A stretch of 64,000 nucleotides of DNA from an uncultured Clostridia bacterium. GTDB taxonomy: Bacteria; Bacillota; Clostridia; TANB77; CAG-508. Position numbers and translations under genes: made by a program. Shown one piece after another: positions 30,540 through 42,551 of the stretch; position 1 is the first letter of the stretch; each line of letters opens with the position of its first letter. The stretch lies in contig CANQIC010000007.1 in NCBI GenBank assembly GCA_947623865.1, forward strand, positions 1,406 through 65,405. The letters are read 5' to 3'. The notes under the pieces are model-generated. The model was not told where the DNA came from, did not search any database, and saw only the letters and a program-made list of their open reading frames with translations.

Positions 30540-30901
30540 TTATTAATATCCTTCATTATGTCTTTTAAGATTGTGTCTATCTTCTCTCCATACTGCATTG
30601 AATCATCTAATTCAAATACTAATTCAGGTGTAACTCTTAAATTTATTTTTTCAGCTACTCTACTTCTAATAAATCCAGAAGAGGATTTTAGCCCAACTAA
30701 TGTTTGCTTTATATTTTTAGAATTAAGTATGCTTACATACACTCTAGCATATCTTAAATCTGGAGAAATTTTAACAGATGTTACACTAATCATTCCTGTT
30801 ACATTTGAATTAGTAACTTCATAATTAATTATATTGCTAATTTCTCTTTTTAATTCTTCATTTATTCTATTAAGTCGGTTATTTCCGTTTTGCTTTTTCA
30901 T
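30530..30901 (-). CDS. rbfA: 30S ribosome-binding factor RbfA
   Basis: RLNRINEELKREISNIINYEV...GMISVTSVKISPDLRYARVYVS. Confidence 0.93.
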   Translation of the reverse strand: MKKQNGNNRLNRINEELKREISNIINYEVTNSNVTGMISVTSVKISPDLRYARVYVSILNSKNIKQTLVGLKSSSGFIRSRVAEKINLRVTPELVFELDDSMQYGEKIDTILKDIMKDINKNE

Positions 30902-30942
30902 TTTATCTCCTTTGCTAATGTATAAGAATACATCTTGGTGCT

Positions 30943-30985
30943 AGGTATTCCTCATAGATTAAGGTATGTCCCTACTGTGAATAAG
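30943..30985. repeat. third copy of the rbfA-flanking repeat
   Basis: GGTATTCCTCATAGATTAAGGTATGTCCCTACTGTGAATAAG. Same unit and orientation as the 30508-30539 copy. It ends with GAATAAG, the inverse of the CTTATTC at 30411. Confidence 0.75.
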
Positions 30986-31238
30986 TAATATCAGTTTTCT
31001 ATCTTATCGCCTTATTGTATCTTTTTTTATTCTAAAACGAATCAAAATTAGTAGATTATGCATTTTAACGAATGAGTAAAACCAGAGGTGTGCGTGTGCA
31101 CAATCTGTATTATAAAGCGAAACAAATTAGGTATATTGCTAGGAAAACAAATAAAAATTTTTGAAACTATACACTGTATGTTGAAAAAATTTTTATACAG
31201 TTTGACAACGCAAGATGCCTGATTTCATTCACTTTACC

Positions 31239-34040
31239 CTACTGTTTTACTTGTTCCATTATATAAGCCTCAATAATATCCCCTTCTTTAATATCATTAT
31301 AATTTTCGATTTGAATTCCACACTCATATCCTGATGCTACTTCTTTTGCATCATCTTTCATTCTTTTTAATGATATTAATTTACCATCATGTATTACAAC
31401 ATTGTCTCTTAATACTCTTACTCCTGCATTTCTTGCAACTTTTCCATTTGTTACATAGCATCCTGCAATTGTACCAACATCAGAAATTTTAAATGTTTGT
31501 CTTACTTCAGCATTACCAATTATTACTTCTTTGTATACTGGATCAAGCATTCCCTTCATTGCAGCTTCAACATCTTCTATAGCATTGTATATTACAGAAT
31601 ATGTTTTTATTTCTACCTCTGATTTTTCAGCCATATCTTTTGCTATTGGCTGTGGTCTTACATTAAATCCTATAATTATGGCATTTGAAACATTTGCAAG
31701 TGTAACATCACTTTCTGTTATTGCACCTACATTTGCATGTATTACTTTAACTTTTACTTCATCATTAGATAATTTTTCTAATGATTGTTTTACAGCTTCT
31801 ACTGAACCTTGAACATCTGCTTTCACTATAATATTTAATTGTTTCAAGTTTCCTTTTTCTATTTGATTAAATAAGTCATCTAATGTAACTTTCGTAGTTG
31901 CATTTAAAGCTTTATCCCTTGCCTGACGTTTTCTTCTTTCCATTAAGTGTTTAGCAGTTTTTTCATCTTTTACTTCATAGAATGTTTCTCCTGCTTCTGG
32001 AACTTCTGCAAGCCCTGTTATTTCTACTGGTGTTGATGGACCTGCTTTTTTAACTTTTTTTCCTTTATCATTTGTCATTGTTCTTATTCTACCTATAACA
32101 GAACCAACTAATATTGTATCACCAATGTCTAATGTACCACGTTGTACAAGCATTGTAGCTACTGGTCCCTTTGATTTATCTAGTTTTGCCTCTATAACTA
32201 CACCTTTTGCTTGTTTTTTAGGATTAGCTTTTAATTCTTTCATATCAGCTACTAATAATACCATCTCTAGCAAGTTATCTATATTTATTCTTTTCTTTGC
32301 TGAAATTGGTACAAATATTGTGTCTCCTCCCCATTCTTCAGAAACTAAATCATATTCAGCAAGTTCTTGCTTAACTTTATCAGGATTTGCACCTTCTACA
32401 TCAATTTTATTAATTGCAACAATTATTGGTATTCCTGCAGCTTTAGCATGGTTTATAGCTTCTATAGTTTGAGGCATTACCCCATCATTTGCAGCAACTA
32501 CAAGTATTGCTATATCTGTTATTTGTGCTCCTCTTGCTCTCATTGCAGTAAATGCTTCATGTCCTGGTGTATCTAAAAATGTAATTTCTCTTCCATTTAC
32601 CTCAACTTTGTATGCACCAATATGTTGTGTAATTCCTCCTGCTTCACCTTCTATTACATTTGTTTCTCTTACTGCATCTAAAAGTGATGTTTTACCATGA
32701 TCTACGTGTCCCATAACAACAATTACTGGTGGTCTTGCTTTTAATTCTTCTTCTTTATCTTCACTATCATCAAATAGTATATCCTCATCTGTAACTACTT
32801 CCTTTTTATGTGCAGTTACACCAAATTCCCCTGCTACTAAAAATGCTGTATCAAAATCTAATTCATTATTTATTGTTGCCAAAATTCCATATCCTAGCAA
32901 TTTTTTTATGATTTCACTACTTGTTTTTTTAAGTTCTGTGCTTAAATCCTTAACAGTAATTGTCTCAGGTATCGTGATATCAGTTAAATCAAATATTTTT
33001 TGTTTTACTCTATTTTCATTTTGTTGTAATTTCTTTTTACTTCTTCTTCCTCTTGTTGTAGTTAAATCATAATAATCAAGCATTGATCCTTCATCAAACA
33101 TGTTTGATAATCTATTTTCTTGTTTTAAATCTTTTAATTTATGGCTACTTATTTCTTCATATCCATTTCTTCTTGATTTAGGAGATTTCCTATTTGTTCT
33201 TTCTTCATATCTATTATTTTTTTGTTTATCTATAGATTTATTAGAATATTCTCTTACACTTTCTTTTTCCACAATATCTGCTGACATAATGTTCTTAATA
33301 TTCTTTTCAATTCCTTTTTCATCAAGAGGTCTTCTTCCAAAATTAGATTGTCCTTGTCCATTTCTATTAAATGGCCTATTGTTTTGACCATTTCTATTAA
33401 ATGATTTATTTCCATTATTTTGAAAATCTCTATTAAATGGTCTATTTGTATTATTATAATTATTGTATGACCTATTATTATAGCCTTCTCTATTAAATGG
33501 TCTGTTTCCATTATTATATGGTCTTGTTTGGGTAGTGATATTGTTTCTTCTATCTTGTTGTTTTTCATTTACTGTATTTTCTTTTTCATCGCTCTTTTTT
33601 GCTGTTTCTTGTGGTTTTGGTTCTACTTTAATTTCATTTTTAGGTTTTTCTGGAGTAGTTTTCCTGCCAAATAATTCGCTTACCGTTAGAGGTTTGTTAG
33701 GTTTGTTTCTGTATACTATATTGTAATCCGTTTTTCTCTCTCTTTCAATAAATCCTACATCTCTATTTTGCTTCTTTTCAATTTTCTTTTCTTCTTTTAT
33801 CTTTTCACTTTCATAATCCGATACAATTACTTCTCTTCTTATAATTACTGGACCTTCTTTTTTATCTTTTATCTCTTTTTTTACTCCTGAGAATTTTGAT
33901 TCTATTTTTTTAGCATCTACTTCATCCACACTGCTCATATGTGATTTTACATCTAATCCTAATTCTAAAGCTTTTTCTAAAACTTCTTTACTATTTACTC
34001 CTATTTTTTTTGCTATTTCATGTATTTTAACTTTACCCAA
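31239..34040 (-). CDS. infB: translation initiation factor IF-2
   Basis: The G-domain ([15 protein letters not shown]...DTPGHEAF...NKID) and C-terminal domains are canonical. I favour the TTG at 34040, 5 nt after GGGGGTGA, giving (M)[13 protein letters not shown]. The track ORF starts at a GTG five codons upstream. Confidence 0.93.
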   Translation of the reverse strand: MGKVKIHEIAKKIGVNSKEVLEKALELGLDVKSHMSSVDEVDAKKIESKFSGVKKEIKDKKEGPVIIRREVIVSDYESEKIKEEKKIEKKQNRDVGFIERERKTDYNIVYRNKPNKPLTVSELFGRKTTPEKPKNEIKVEPKPQETAKKSDEKENTVNEKQQDRRNNITTQTRPYNNGNRPFNREGYNNRSYNNYNNTNRPFNRDFQNNGNKSFNRNGQNNRPFNRNGQGQSNFGRRPLDEKGIEKNIKNIMSADIVEKESVREYSNKSIDKQKNNRYEERTNRKSPKSRRNGYEEISSHKLKDLKQENRLSNMFDEGSMLDYYDLTTTRGRRSKKKLQQNENRVKQKIFDLTDITIPETITVKDLSTELKKTSSEIIKKLLGYGILATINNELDFDTAFLVAGEFGVTAHKKEVVTDEDILFDDSEDKEEELKARPPVIVVMGHVDHGKTSLLDAVRETNVIEGEAGGITQHIGAYKVEVNGREITFLDTPGHEAFTAMRARGAQITDIAILVVAANDGVMPQTIEAINHAKAAGIPIIVAINKIDVEGANPDKVKQELAEYDLVSEEWGGDTIFVPISAKKRINIDNLLEMVLLVADMKELKANPKKQAKGVVIEAKLDKSKGPVATMLVQRGTLDIGDTILVGSVIGRIRTMTNDKGKKVKKAGPSTPVEITGLAEVPEAGETFYEVKDEKTAKHLMERRKRQARDKALNATTKVTLDDLFNQIEKGNLKQLNIIVKADVQGSVEAVKQSLEKLSNDEVKVKVIHANVGAITESDVTLANVSNAIIIGFNVRPQPIAKDMAEKSEVEIKTYSVIYNAIEDVEAAMKGMLDPVYKEVIIGNAEVRQTFKISDVGTIAGCYVTNGKVARNAGVRVLRDNVVIHDGKLISLKRMKDDAKEVASGYECGIQIENYNDIKEGDIIEAYIMEQVKQ

Positions 34041-34087
34041 TAGTATCACCCCCACAATTTGCTTTCATATTAAGTATTTTATCTGTT

Positions 34088-34357
34088 TTACTTATCAATA
34101 ATTACACCCCTTAAATTTTTGTAAATTTCTTCATCTATTTTAGTTTTAAAAATTCTTTCTAATCTTTTTGTTTTTATAAGTTTATCTAGACAATCTGTAT
34201 TATCACATATATATGCACCTCTGCCAGATAACTTTCCGGTTTTGTCTATTGAAATATTACCTTCTTTATTCATAACAATTCTAATAAGATCACGTTTATC
34301 CTTTTTAGCATTGCAGCCCATACACATTCTTTGTACAATCTTTTTCATATTACTCAT
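34088..34357 (-). CDS. ylxR: YlxR/RnpM family (DUF448) RNA-binding protein
   Basis: RMCMGCNAKKDKRDLIRIV...GRGAYIC, in the conserved position between nusA and infB. Confidence 0.88.
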   Translation of the reverse strand: MSNMKKIVQRMCMGCNAKKDKRDLIRIVMNKEGNISIDKTGKLSGRGAYICDNTDCLDKLIKTKRLERIFKTKIDEEIYKNLRGVIIDK

Positions 34358-35465
34358 TTCCTTCTATAATTTCTTCTGTCTCGATTGTTTCTTCATTTTC
34401 TTGATTTTCTAATAATTCTCTAAATTGAGATTCACTTTTTATATCTATTTTCCAGTTTGTTAATTTTGCAGCTAGTCGAGCATTCTGTCCTGCTTTTCCA
34501 ATTGCTAGAGATAATTGATCATCTGGAACTATAACTTGTGCAAATCTTTCTTCCTCTTTTATATCTACTGCCATTACCTGTGCTGGTAATAATGCTGATG
34601 AAATAAATATAGCTGGATCTTCATCCCATTCTATTACATCTATCTTTTCACCTTTTAATTCATTAATTATATTTTGTATTCTAATTCCTTTTTGTCCTAC
34701 ACATGAACCAACTGGATCAATATTTTCATTTATAGAATACACTGCAACTTTACTTCTAGAACCTGCGTCTCTTGCTACACTTTTTATTTCTATTAATCCT
34801 TCATATATTTCTGGTATTTCAAATTCAAATAATTTTCTTACAAAGTCTGGATGACTTCTTGAAACTAATACTTGTGGTGCACCTTTAATTCCTTTTTCTA
34901 CGCTCACTACATAGGCTCTTATTTTATCATTTACTCTATATTCTTCAGTAGGTATTTGATCTTTCACAAGCATAATTCCTTCTAATTTCCCTAAATCTAA
35001 TACTACTGTTCCCCCATCTGCCTTTTGTACAATTCCAGAAACTATTTCTCCTTTTCTATCATTGTATTCAGTAAATATCATGTTTCTTTCTGCTTCCCTA
35101 ATTTTTTGTACTATTACTTGTTTTGCTGTTTGAGCTGCTATTCTACCAAAGTCTCTAGGAATAATTTCAAATTCTACTGTGTCTCCAACTTTTGCTTTTT
35201 TATTTTCTTTTTTAGCTTTTTCTAAACTAATTTGTAGCATTTCATCTTCTACTTCATCTACAACTTCTTTTACTGAATAAACCTTTATATCACCTGTTTC
35301 ACTATCCATTGTTACTTTTACATTTTCAGCAGAATCAAAATTTCTTTTATATGCTGTTACTAGTGCTGTTTCTAATGATTCCAGCAAATATTCTTTGTTT
35401 ATTCCTCTTTCTTTTTCTAGTTCTTCAATTGCAGTTATTAATTCTTTAGTTTCAATTGATTTCAT
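34350..35465 (-). CDS. nusA: transcription termination/antitermination factor NusA
   Basis: S1 domain (GEIVSGIVQK...) and KH domains (...GSCVGQKGIRIQNI..., ...LAIGKAGQNARLAAKLTNWKIDI). The ATG at 35465 has better RBS spacing than the first ATG. Confidence 0.94.
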   Translation of the reverse strand: MKSIETKELITAIEELEKERGINKEYLLESLETALVTAYKRNFDSAENVKVTMDSETGDIKVYSVKEVVDEVEDEMLQISLEKAKKENKKAKVGDTVEFEIIPRDFGRIAAQTAKQVIVQKIREAERNMIFTEYNDRKGEIVSGIVQKADGGTVVLDLGKLEGIMLVKDQIPTEEYRVNDKIRAYVVSVEKGIKGAPQVLVSRSHPDFVRKLFEFEIPEIYEGLIEIKSVARDAGSRSKVAVYSINENIDPVGSCVGQKGIRIQNIINELKGEKIDVIEWDEDPAIFISSALLPAQVMAVDIKEEERFAQVIVPDDQLSLAIGKAGQNARLAAKLTNWKIDIKSESQFRELLENQENEETIETEEIIEGNE

Positions 35466-35482
35466 TTTTCTCATCCTTTCTT

Positions 35483-35935
35483 TTACCAGTTATATACTGT
35501 TTTTATTTGTGATATATTTTTTCTATCTATTTTTATCTCTTGATTATTTAAGATAATTATATAGTCATTATTAAAATCTTTTAATATTCCTTTATATTGT
35601 TTTTTTCCATCCATTGCTTTAAATAACTTTATTTGAATTTCATTATCTATGTTATCTTTTAAATGTTTTTCTTTTCTTAAAACTCTTTCGACTCCAGGAG
35701 ATGATACCTCTAAAAAATATTTCTCCTTAATATAGTCTTCTTTATCTAACAGTTCTGTTATGATATTACTTACCTTTTCACAGTCATTTAAGTCTATTCC
35801 CTTTTCAGAATCAATATATATTCTTAGAAAATAGTCTTTTCCTTCTTTAACATATTCGACATCATACAAATCATATCCTAAATTATTAACTATTTTAGAT
35901 ATCAATTTTTCAATTTTTTCTTCAATATTAGCCAA
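35483..35935 (-). CDS. rimP: ribosome maturation factor RimP
   Basis: LGYDLYDVEYVKEGKDYFLRIYID...LEVSSPGVERVL. TTG start, 8 nt after AAGGAG. Confidence 0.9.
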   Translation of the reverse strand: MANIEEKIEKLISKIVNNLGYDLYDVEYVKEGKDYFLRIYIDSEKGIDLNDCEKVSNIITELLDKEDYIKEKYFLEVSSPGVERVLRKEKHLKDNIDNEIQIKLFKAMDGKKQYKGILKDFNNDYIIILNNQEIKIDRKNISQIKTVYNW

Positions 35936-36110
35936 TTAAATTTCTCCTTTTCAAAAGTTAAGAGTGGGATTTGTTCCCACCCTTCTAGTTATTTTAACAT
36001 TTGCTTTAGTATTATATACTATTTATTAAAAAAAATCAAGTTTTTTCCAATAAAAAGTTATGGTTTTAAATAATGTATAATTACTTATTATTTATATACA
36101 ATAATATATT

Positions 36111-36743
36111 ATGAACCAAATTTTATTTACTAATGATAATAATTCAAAAAATAATAGGAAAAATGTTAAAAATTTAAAATTAATTTTTTTTACTTCATTA
36201 ATTGTAATCTTTTTCTCACTTTCATATTATATATATGGTTATATAATATCTAATAAAAAAGAAAACATGTCTTCAATACTATTAAATAGTTTTAATATCC
36301 AACGTTTATATTCAGATGAAAATAATTATACTACAATACCTTTAAACAGTAATGAAGACTTCTTTGTGATTGGTAGTATAGAAATTCCATCTATACAAAT
36401 TAATTATCCTATACTTTCTGATGTAAATAATGAATTACTAAAAATTTCTCCATGCAGATTTTATGGACCATACCCTAATGAAAATGGTAATTTGTGTATT
36501 GCGGCTCACAATTATGATGATAATCGTTTTTTTAGTAATCTTAATAAATTAAATATTGGAGATAAAATCAATATATATGATTCTAATAATTCTTTAATTA
36601 GCTATTATGTTTATAATAAATATGAAACTAATAAAAATGATACTTCATGCACTTCTCAAAATACTTATGGAAAAAAAGAAATAACCTTAGTTACATGTAA
36701 CAACTTAAATGGTAACAGATTAATTGTTAAAGCAAAACAATAA
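36111..36743 (+). CDS. sortase (class D/A-like)
   Basis: N-terminal TM anchor, IEIPSIQINYPIL, the His in CIAAHNYDD, catalytic ITLVTCN (TLxTC), and the Arg in NRLIVKA. Confidence 0.82.
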   Translation: MNQILFTNDNNSKNNRKNVKNLKLIFFTSLIVIFFSLSYYIYGYIISNKKENMSSILLNSFNIQRLYSDENNYTTIPLNSNEDFFVIGSIEIPSIQINYPILSDVNNELLKISPCRFYGPYPNENGNLCIAAHNYDDNRFFSNLNKLNIGDKINIYDSNNSLISYYVYNKYETNKNDTSCTSQNTYGKKEITLVTCNNLNGNRLIVKAKQ

Positions 36744-36767
36744 AGGCTATCTTATTGAATAGCCTTT
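36742..36767. terminator. bidirectional terminator between the convergent sortase gene and its putative substrate gene
   Basis: AAAGGCTAT-(8 nt)-ATAGCCTTT. Confidence 0.6.
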
Positions 36768-36791
36768 ATAAATTTATTTGTATTCATTTTA

Positions 36792-37142
36792 TTACACATT
36801 ATAATCTCTTATTTTTTTGTATGCATAAATTGCAGATACTCCACATATTGCTATTATTATTACTACTGAATAATCTATTCCTGTATATGGTATGGCTGTT
36901 GTTGTATTTGTATTATTATTTACATTTGCATTAATATTTGTATTTGTATTAACATTTGTATTTGTGTTTGTGTTATTTGTTGTTTCACCAATTTCTTCAA
37001 AATTATTATTTTCTGTATTGTTATTTGCCATTAAACTGTTAATATCTGGTGTTCCTTCTGTTGCAAATGCACTTGTAGTAATAGTTAAAACTAATGCAAT
37101 AATTGCTATTATACATATTATTAATTCTTTTGTTTTTGACAT
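36792..37142 (-). CDS. small N/T-rich surface protein with a C-terminal sorting signal
   Basis: Signal peptide (..ITTSAFA), a NTNTNTNVNTNTNINANVNNNTN low-complexity core, then IPYTG followed by a hydrophobic stretch and a KKIRD tail. Confidence 0.7.
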   Translation of the reverse strand: MSKTKELIICIIAIIALVLTITTSAFATEGTPDINSLMANNNTENNNFEEIGETTNNTNTNTNVNTNTNINANVNNNTNTTTAIPYTGIDYSVVIIIAICGVSAIYAYKKIRDYNV

Positions 37143-37259
37143 TTTACCTATCTCCTCTTTATTTTTATAATATTATTATAAATTGTTCTCTTATATTTAT
37201 ACAACATTTTTCAAAAAAATGCAATACCTTTTTTAAATTTTTTTTAAATTTTTTATTTT

Positions 37260-38351
37260 TTATACATTAAATTTAAATAATACTATGTCTCCTTCTTGCA
37301 TTATGTATTCTTTTCCTTCTGATCTTACTAATCCTTTTTCTCTAGCAGCAATCATTGAGCCCTCTTTTATTAAATCATAATATGATACAATTTCGGCTTT
37401 TATAAATCCTCTTTGTATATCTGAATGTATTTTTCCTGCAGCAATTGGTGCTTTCGTTCCTTTTTTTATTGTCCAAGCTCTAACTTCTGGTTCTCCTGCT
37501 GTTAAGAAAGACATTAGTCCTAATAAAGAATAACTTTCCTTAATAACTCTATCTAAACCTGATTCTTTCAATCCCAGTGCTTCTAGCATTTCTTTTTTAT
37601 CATTTTCTTCTAATCCTGTTAACTCTTCTTCAATCTTCGCACAAAGTGGAATAGCTATAGTATTTTCAGACTTAGCATATTCTTTTACTTTTATAATGTT
37701 TTCATCATTTTCTACATTATTTAATTGTTCTTCTGAAACATTACATATATATATAATGGGTTTAGCTGTGAGAAACATTATCTCTTTTAGAATTTCTTTT
37801 TCATCTTCATTAAATTCCATTGTTCTAACTGGTTTTTCATCTTCTAAATGTTTTTTTATTCTCTCTAGACAATCTATTTCTATCTGATACTTTTTATCTG
37901 CTTTTAACATTTTCTTTGATTTATCTAATCGTTTATCTACTGTTTCTATATCTGCAAATATTAATTCTAAATTTATAGTTTCTATATCTCTTAATGGATC
38001 TATACTTCCATCAACATGCACAATATTAGGATTTTCAAAGCATCTTACAACTTGTGCAATTGCATCTACTTCTCTTATATGTGCTAAAAACTTATTTCCT
38101 AAACCTTCTCCCTTGCTTGCACCTTTTACTAATCCTGCAATATCCACAAACTCAACAATTGCATGTGTTGTTTTTTGCGCATTGTACATTTTTGTTAAAA
38201 CATCTAATCTTTCATCTGGTACAGGAACAACACCTACATTTGGCTCAATTGTACAAAAAGGATAATTTGCGCATTCAGCTCCTGCATTTGTTATACTATT
38301 AAACATTGTACTTTTTCCTACATTTGGAAGTCCTACTATTCCTATTTTCAT
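37260..38351 (-). CDS. ychF: redox-regulated ATPase YchF (Obg-family)
   Basis: MKIGIVGLPNVGKSTMFNSIT...ANYPFCTIEPNVG...DIAGLVKGAS, with a C-terminal TGS-like domain. Confidence 0.95.
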   Translation of the reverse strand: MKIGIVGLPNVGKSTMFNSITNAGAECANYPFCTIEPNVGVVPVPDERLDVLTKMYNAQKTTHAIVEFVDIAGLVKGASKGEGLGNKFLAHIREVDAIAQVVRCFENPNIVHVDGSIDPLRDIETINLELIFADIETVDKRLDKSKKMLKADKKYQIEIDCLERIKKHLEDEKPVRTMEFNEDEKEILKEIMFLTAKPIIYICNVSEEQLNNVENDENIIKVKEYAKSENTIAIPLCAKIEEELTGLEENDKKEMLEALGLKESGLDRVIKESYSLLGLMSFLTAGEPEVRAWTIKKGTKAPIAAGKIHSDIQRGFIKAEIVSYYDLIKEGSMIAAREKGLVRSEGKEYIMQEGDIVLFKFNV

Positions 38352-38800
38352 TTATTTCTCCTTATCTCAATAATATATTTTGCTTTTAACTTTTAATTTG
38401 AATTTTCCCTATAAAATAAGTCGCTTACTAAAATAAACCGAGTCAAGATGTGTTTTTACAACACTTATTATAAACTATATAATTTTTTAATATTATTGTT
38501 TCAATAAACTGTATATACATTTTAGCATAACTTTTATAAAAAGTATACTCCCTAAAATCGAAAATTTATAAAAGACTTTATTAACTTTCATATATTATAT
38601 TTTTCTATCTTGTTTAAAGTGTTTTGAACCTATAACTCCACTATTTAATTATAGATTATTTATTGTTTTTTTACTATACTTATATTTAATTTGTAATATT
38701 ACTGAAATATTCTGTAATTTTTAACTGTCTCACAGAAATACTATATATAATTTTAATATAAATATTAAAACCTTTGGAAATTTCTGTAAAAACATTAATT

Positions 38801-38830
38801 AAAAAATATCACATCAATAAATTGATGTGA
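38801..38830 (-). terminator. terminator after tRNA-Thr
   Basis: TCACATCAAT-AA-ATTGATGTGA, followed on the minus strand by TATTTTTT. Confidence 0.65.
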
Positions 38831-38844
38831 CGAAAATGCTATTT

Positions 38845-38920
38845 TGGAGCTTCCAGCCGGAATTGAACCGGCGACCTCTTGCTTACCACGCAAGTGCTCT
38901 ACCTACTGAGCTATAGAAGC
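38845..38920 (-). tRNA. tRNA-Thr (anticodon GGU)
   Basis: The minus strand reads GCTTCTATAGCTCAGTAGGTAGAGCACTTGCGTGGTAAGCAAGAGGTCGCCGGTTCAATTCCGGCTGGAAGCTCCA. The anticodon loop is GU-GGU-AA. Confidence 0.9.
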
Positions 38921-38935
38921 ATTTAAATGAGGAAC

Positions 38936-39580
38936 TTAGTCCTCATTTATTATATTTTTACTTGCTTTTTTTCTTATTCTTTGTATTGCATTATCAATAG
39001 ACTTAACTGGGCTATCTAGTTTTTCTGCTATTTTAACATAGCTATCTCCGGCTGCAAATCTTGTTAATACTTGCTTTTCAAAATCACTCAAATTTTCATC
39101 TATTTTATTTCCAACTAGTTTATAATATTCTTTTTTCGTTATTGTATCTAGTGGATCTTCTGCTATTTTTGAATTAAGAAGTTCCATTAATGATACATCA
39201 TCATCATTTTCATATGCAGGTGTACTAAGTGATAATGATGAATTTAGTGGCATGTGTTTTTGCCTATTTGAAGTTTTTATAGCGGTAATCAATTGTCTTT
39301 CAATACATAAATTAGCAAATGATTTGAAAGAATTCTGCTTGTCATTTTCATAGTTTTTTATAGCCTTATATAATCCTATCATTCCTTCTTGGATAATATC
39401 TTCTTTTTCTGCTCCTATTATAAAATATTTGCTTACTTTCATATTTACAAGTTCTTTATATTTATCAAATAAGCATTCTAAAGCCTCTTCATCGCCGTTC
39501 TTTGCTGAAGCTACTAACTCATTATCTGTTTTATTTATCAAGTTATCATTTGTATAATAAGCTAACTTTCTTTCTGCCAT
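38936..39580 (-). CDS. sigH: RNA polymerase sporulation sigma factor SigH
   Basis: EDIIQEGMIGLYKAIKNYENDKQNSFKSFANLCIERQLITAIKTSNRQKH.PLN is the sigma-H signature, plus a C-terminal region-4 HTH. Confidence 0.9.
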   Translation of the reverse strand: MAERKLAYYTNDNLINKTDNELVASAKNGDEEALECLFDKYKELVNMKVSKYFIIGAEKEDIIQEGMIGLYKAIKNYENDKQNSFKSFANLCIERQLITAIKTSNRQKHMPLNSSLSLSTPAYENDDDVSLMELLNSKIAEDPLDTITKKEYYKLVGNKIDENLSDFEKQVLTRFAAGDSYVKIAEKLDSPVKSIDNAIQRIRKKASKNIINED

Positions 39581-39669
39581 ATGTTTTTTTGCCTCCGCTT
39601 TGATTTAATTTCAACTTTATTATATTAGCTGAGTCCACTAATGTCAATACTTTCAAAACATTTTTTATT

Positions 39670-40107
39670 TCATTTTTCTAGTATTATCGTAACTGGTCCA
39701 TCATTTAATAAACTTACCTTCATATCTGCTCCAAATATGCCTTTTTTGACACTTTTTACTAATTTTTTACACTTATTTATAAAATATTCATATAATTCAT
39801 TTGCCTGCTCAGGCGGAGCTGCATTTACAAAGCTTAGTCTGTTTCCTTTTTTACAATCTGCATATAGTGTAAATTGTGAAACTACTAATAATTCTCCATC
39901 AATATCTTTTATTGATAAATTCATTTTATTATTTTCATCGCAAAATACTCGCAAGTTACACATTTTTTCTGCTAAAAAGTCTACTTGTTCTTTTGTGTCT
40001 CCTTGACCAGCTCCAAATAAAACCAAAAAACCTTGTCCTATTTTACCTATTATTTCATTATCTACTTTCACTTTTGCCTCAGACACTCTTTGGATTACCA
40101 ATTTCAT
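39670..40107 (-). CDS. dtd: D-aminoacyl-tRNA deacylase
   Basis: [32 protein letters not shown]...SQFTLYAD...GNRLSF...NDGPVTI. Confidence 0.94.
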   Translation of the reverse strand: MKLVIQRVSEAKVKVDNEIIGKIGQGFLVLFGAGQGDTKEQVDFLAEKMCNLRVFCDENNKMNLSIKDIDGELLVVSQFTLYADCKKGNRLSFVNAAPPEQANELYEYFINKCKKLVKSVKKGIFGADMKVSLLNDGPVTIILEK

Positions 40108-40139
40108 TTATTATTCCTCCGATTTTTTTAAATTACATA

Positions 40140-40382
40140 TTAATTATCCATTTTATATTCAATATCCTCCATAAATGGATAAAGTTCTTTTACTGTTTTT
40201 AATGTTATTATTTGATTTCTAGGATGTGGCCCTTTGCCATCAAATTTGACAATTTCTCTTGAATAACAATTTTTATTTAGTTTACTAAGTAAGTATCTCA
40301 TACCCATATAAGTATAATAGATTTGATATCCATCTCTTAAATCTTTCCATAATTGTTCAAAACTATAATCTTTGTAATCCAT
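40140..40382 (-). CDS. hypothetical protein (80 aa)
   Basis: ORF with normal composition, co-directional with dtd. Confidence 0.5.
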   Translation of the reverse strand: MDYKDYSFEQLWKDLRDGYQIYYTYMGMRYLLSKLNKNCYSREIVKFDGKGPHPRNQIITLKTVKELYPFMEDIEYKMDN

Positions 40383-40402
40383 ATTTTCTCCTCTATACTT
40401 TA

Positions 40403-40512
40403 ATAAATTGTTGTTTGTGAGAGGAAAATCCTAGGGACTGTCCCTAAAAATCACCAATTTTGGGGATTTTTGGGACTGTCCTGAATTTTCCGAACATGAA
40501 ACAAATTATAAT

Positions 40513-40515
<3 letters not shown>
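40403..40515. repeat. palindromic intergenic element, copy C (inverted relative to A and B)
   Basis: ataaattgttgtttgtgagaggaaaatcctagggactgtccctaaaaatcaccaattttggggatttttgggactgtcctgaattttccgaacatgaaacaaattataatttat. Its end overlaps the ligA stop codon. Confidence 0.92.
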
Positions 40516-42501
<1,986 letters not shown>

Positions 42502-42516
42502 CTAAATTCTTGAATA

Positions 42517-42540
42517 AAAGGGGATATATCCCCCTTTATT
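42517..42540 (-). terminator. terminator after pgsA
   Basis: AAAGGGGATAT/ATCCCCCTTT palindrome, followed on the minus strand by TTTTATT. Confidence 0.6.
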
Positions 42541-42551
42541 CCTTTTTTAAT

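Noticed and set aside
33254-33568. A 104-aa minus-strand ORF inside infB.
   Set aside because: It is an out-of-frame reading of the NRPFNR repeat region of IF-2. Its repetitive HLIE/IIII translation has no independent support.
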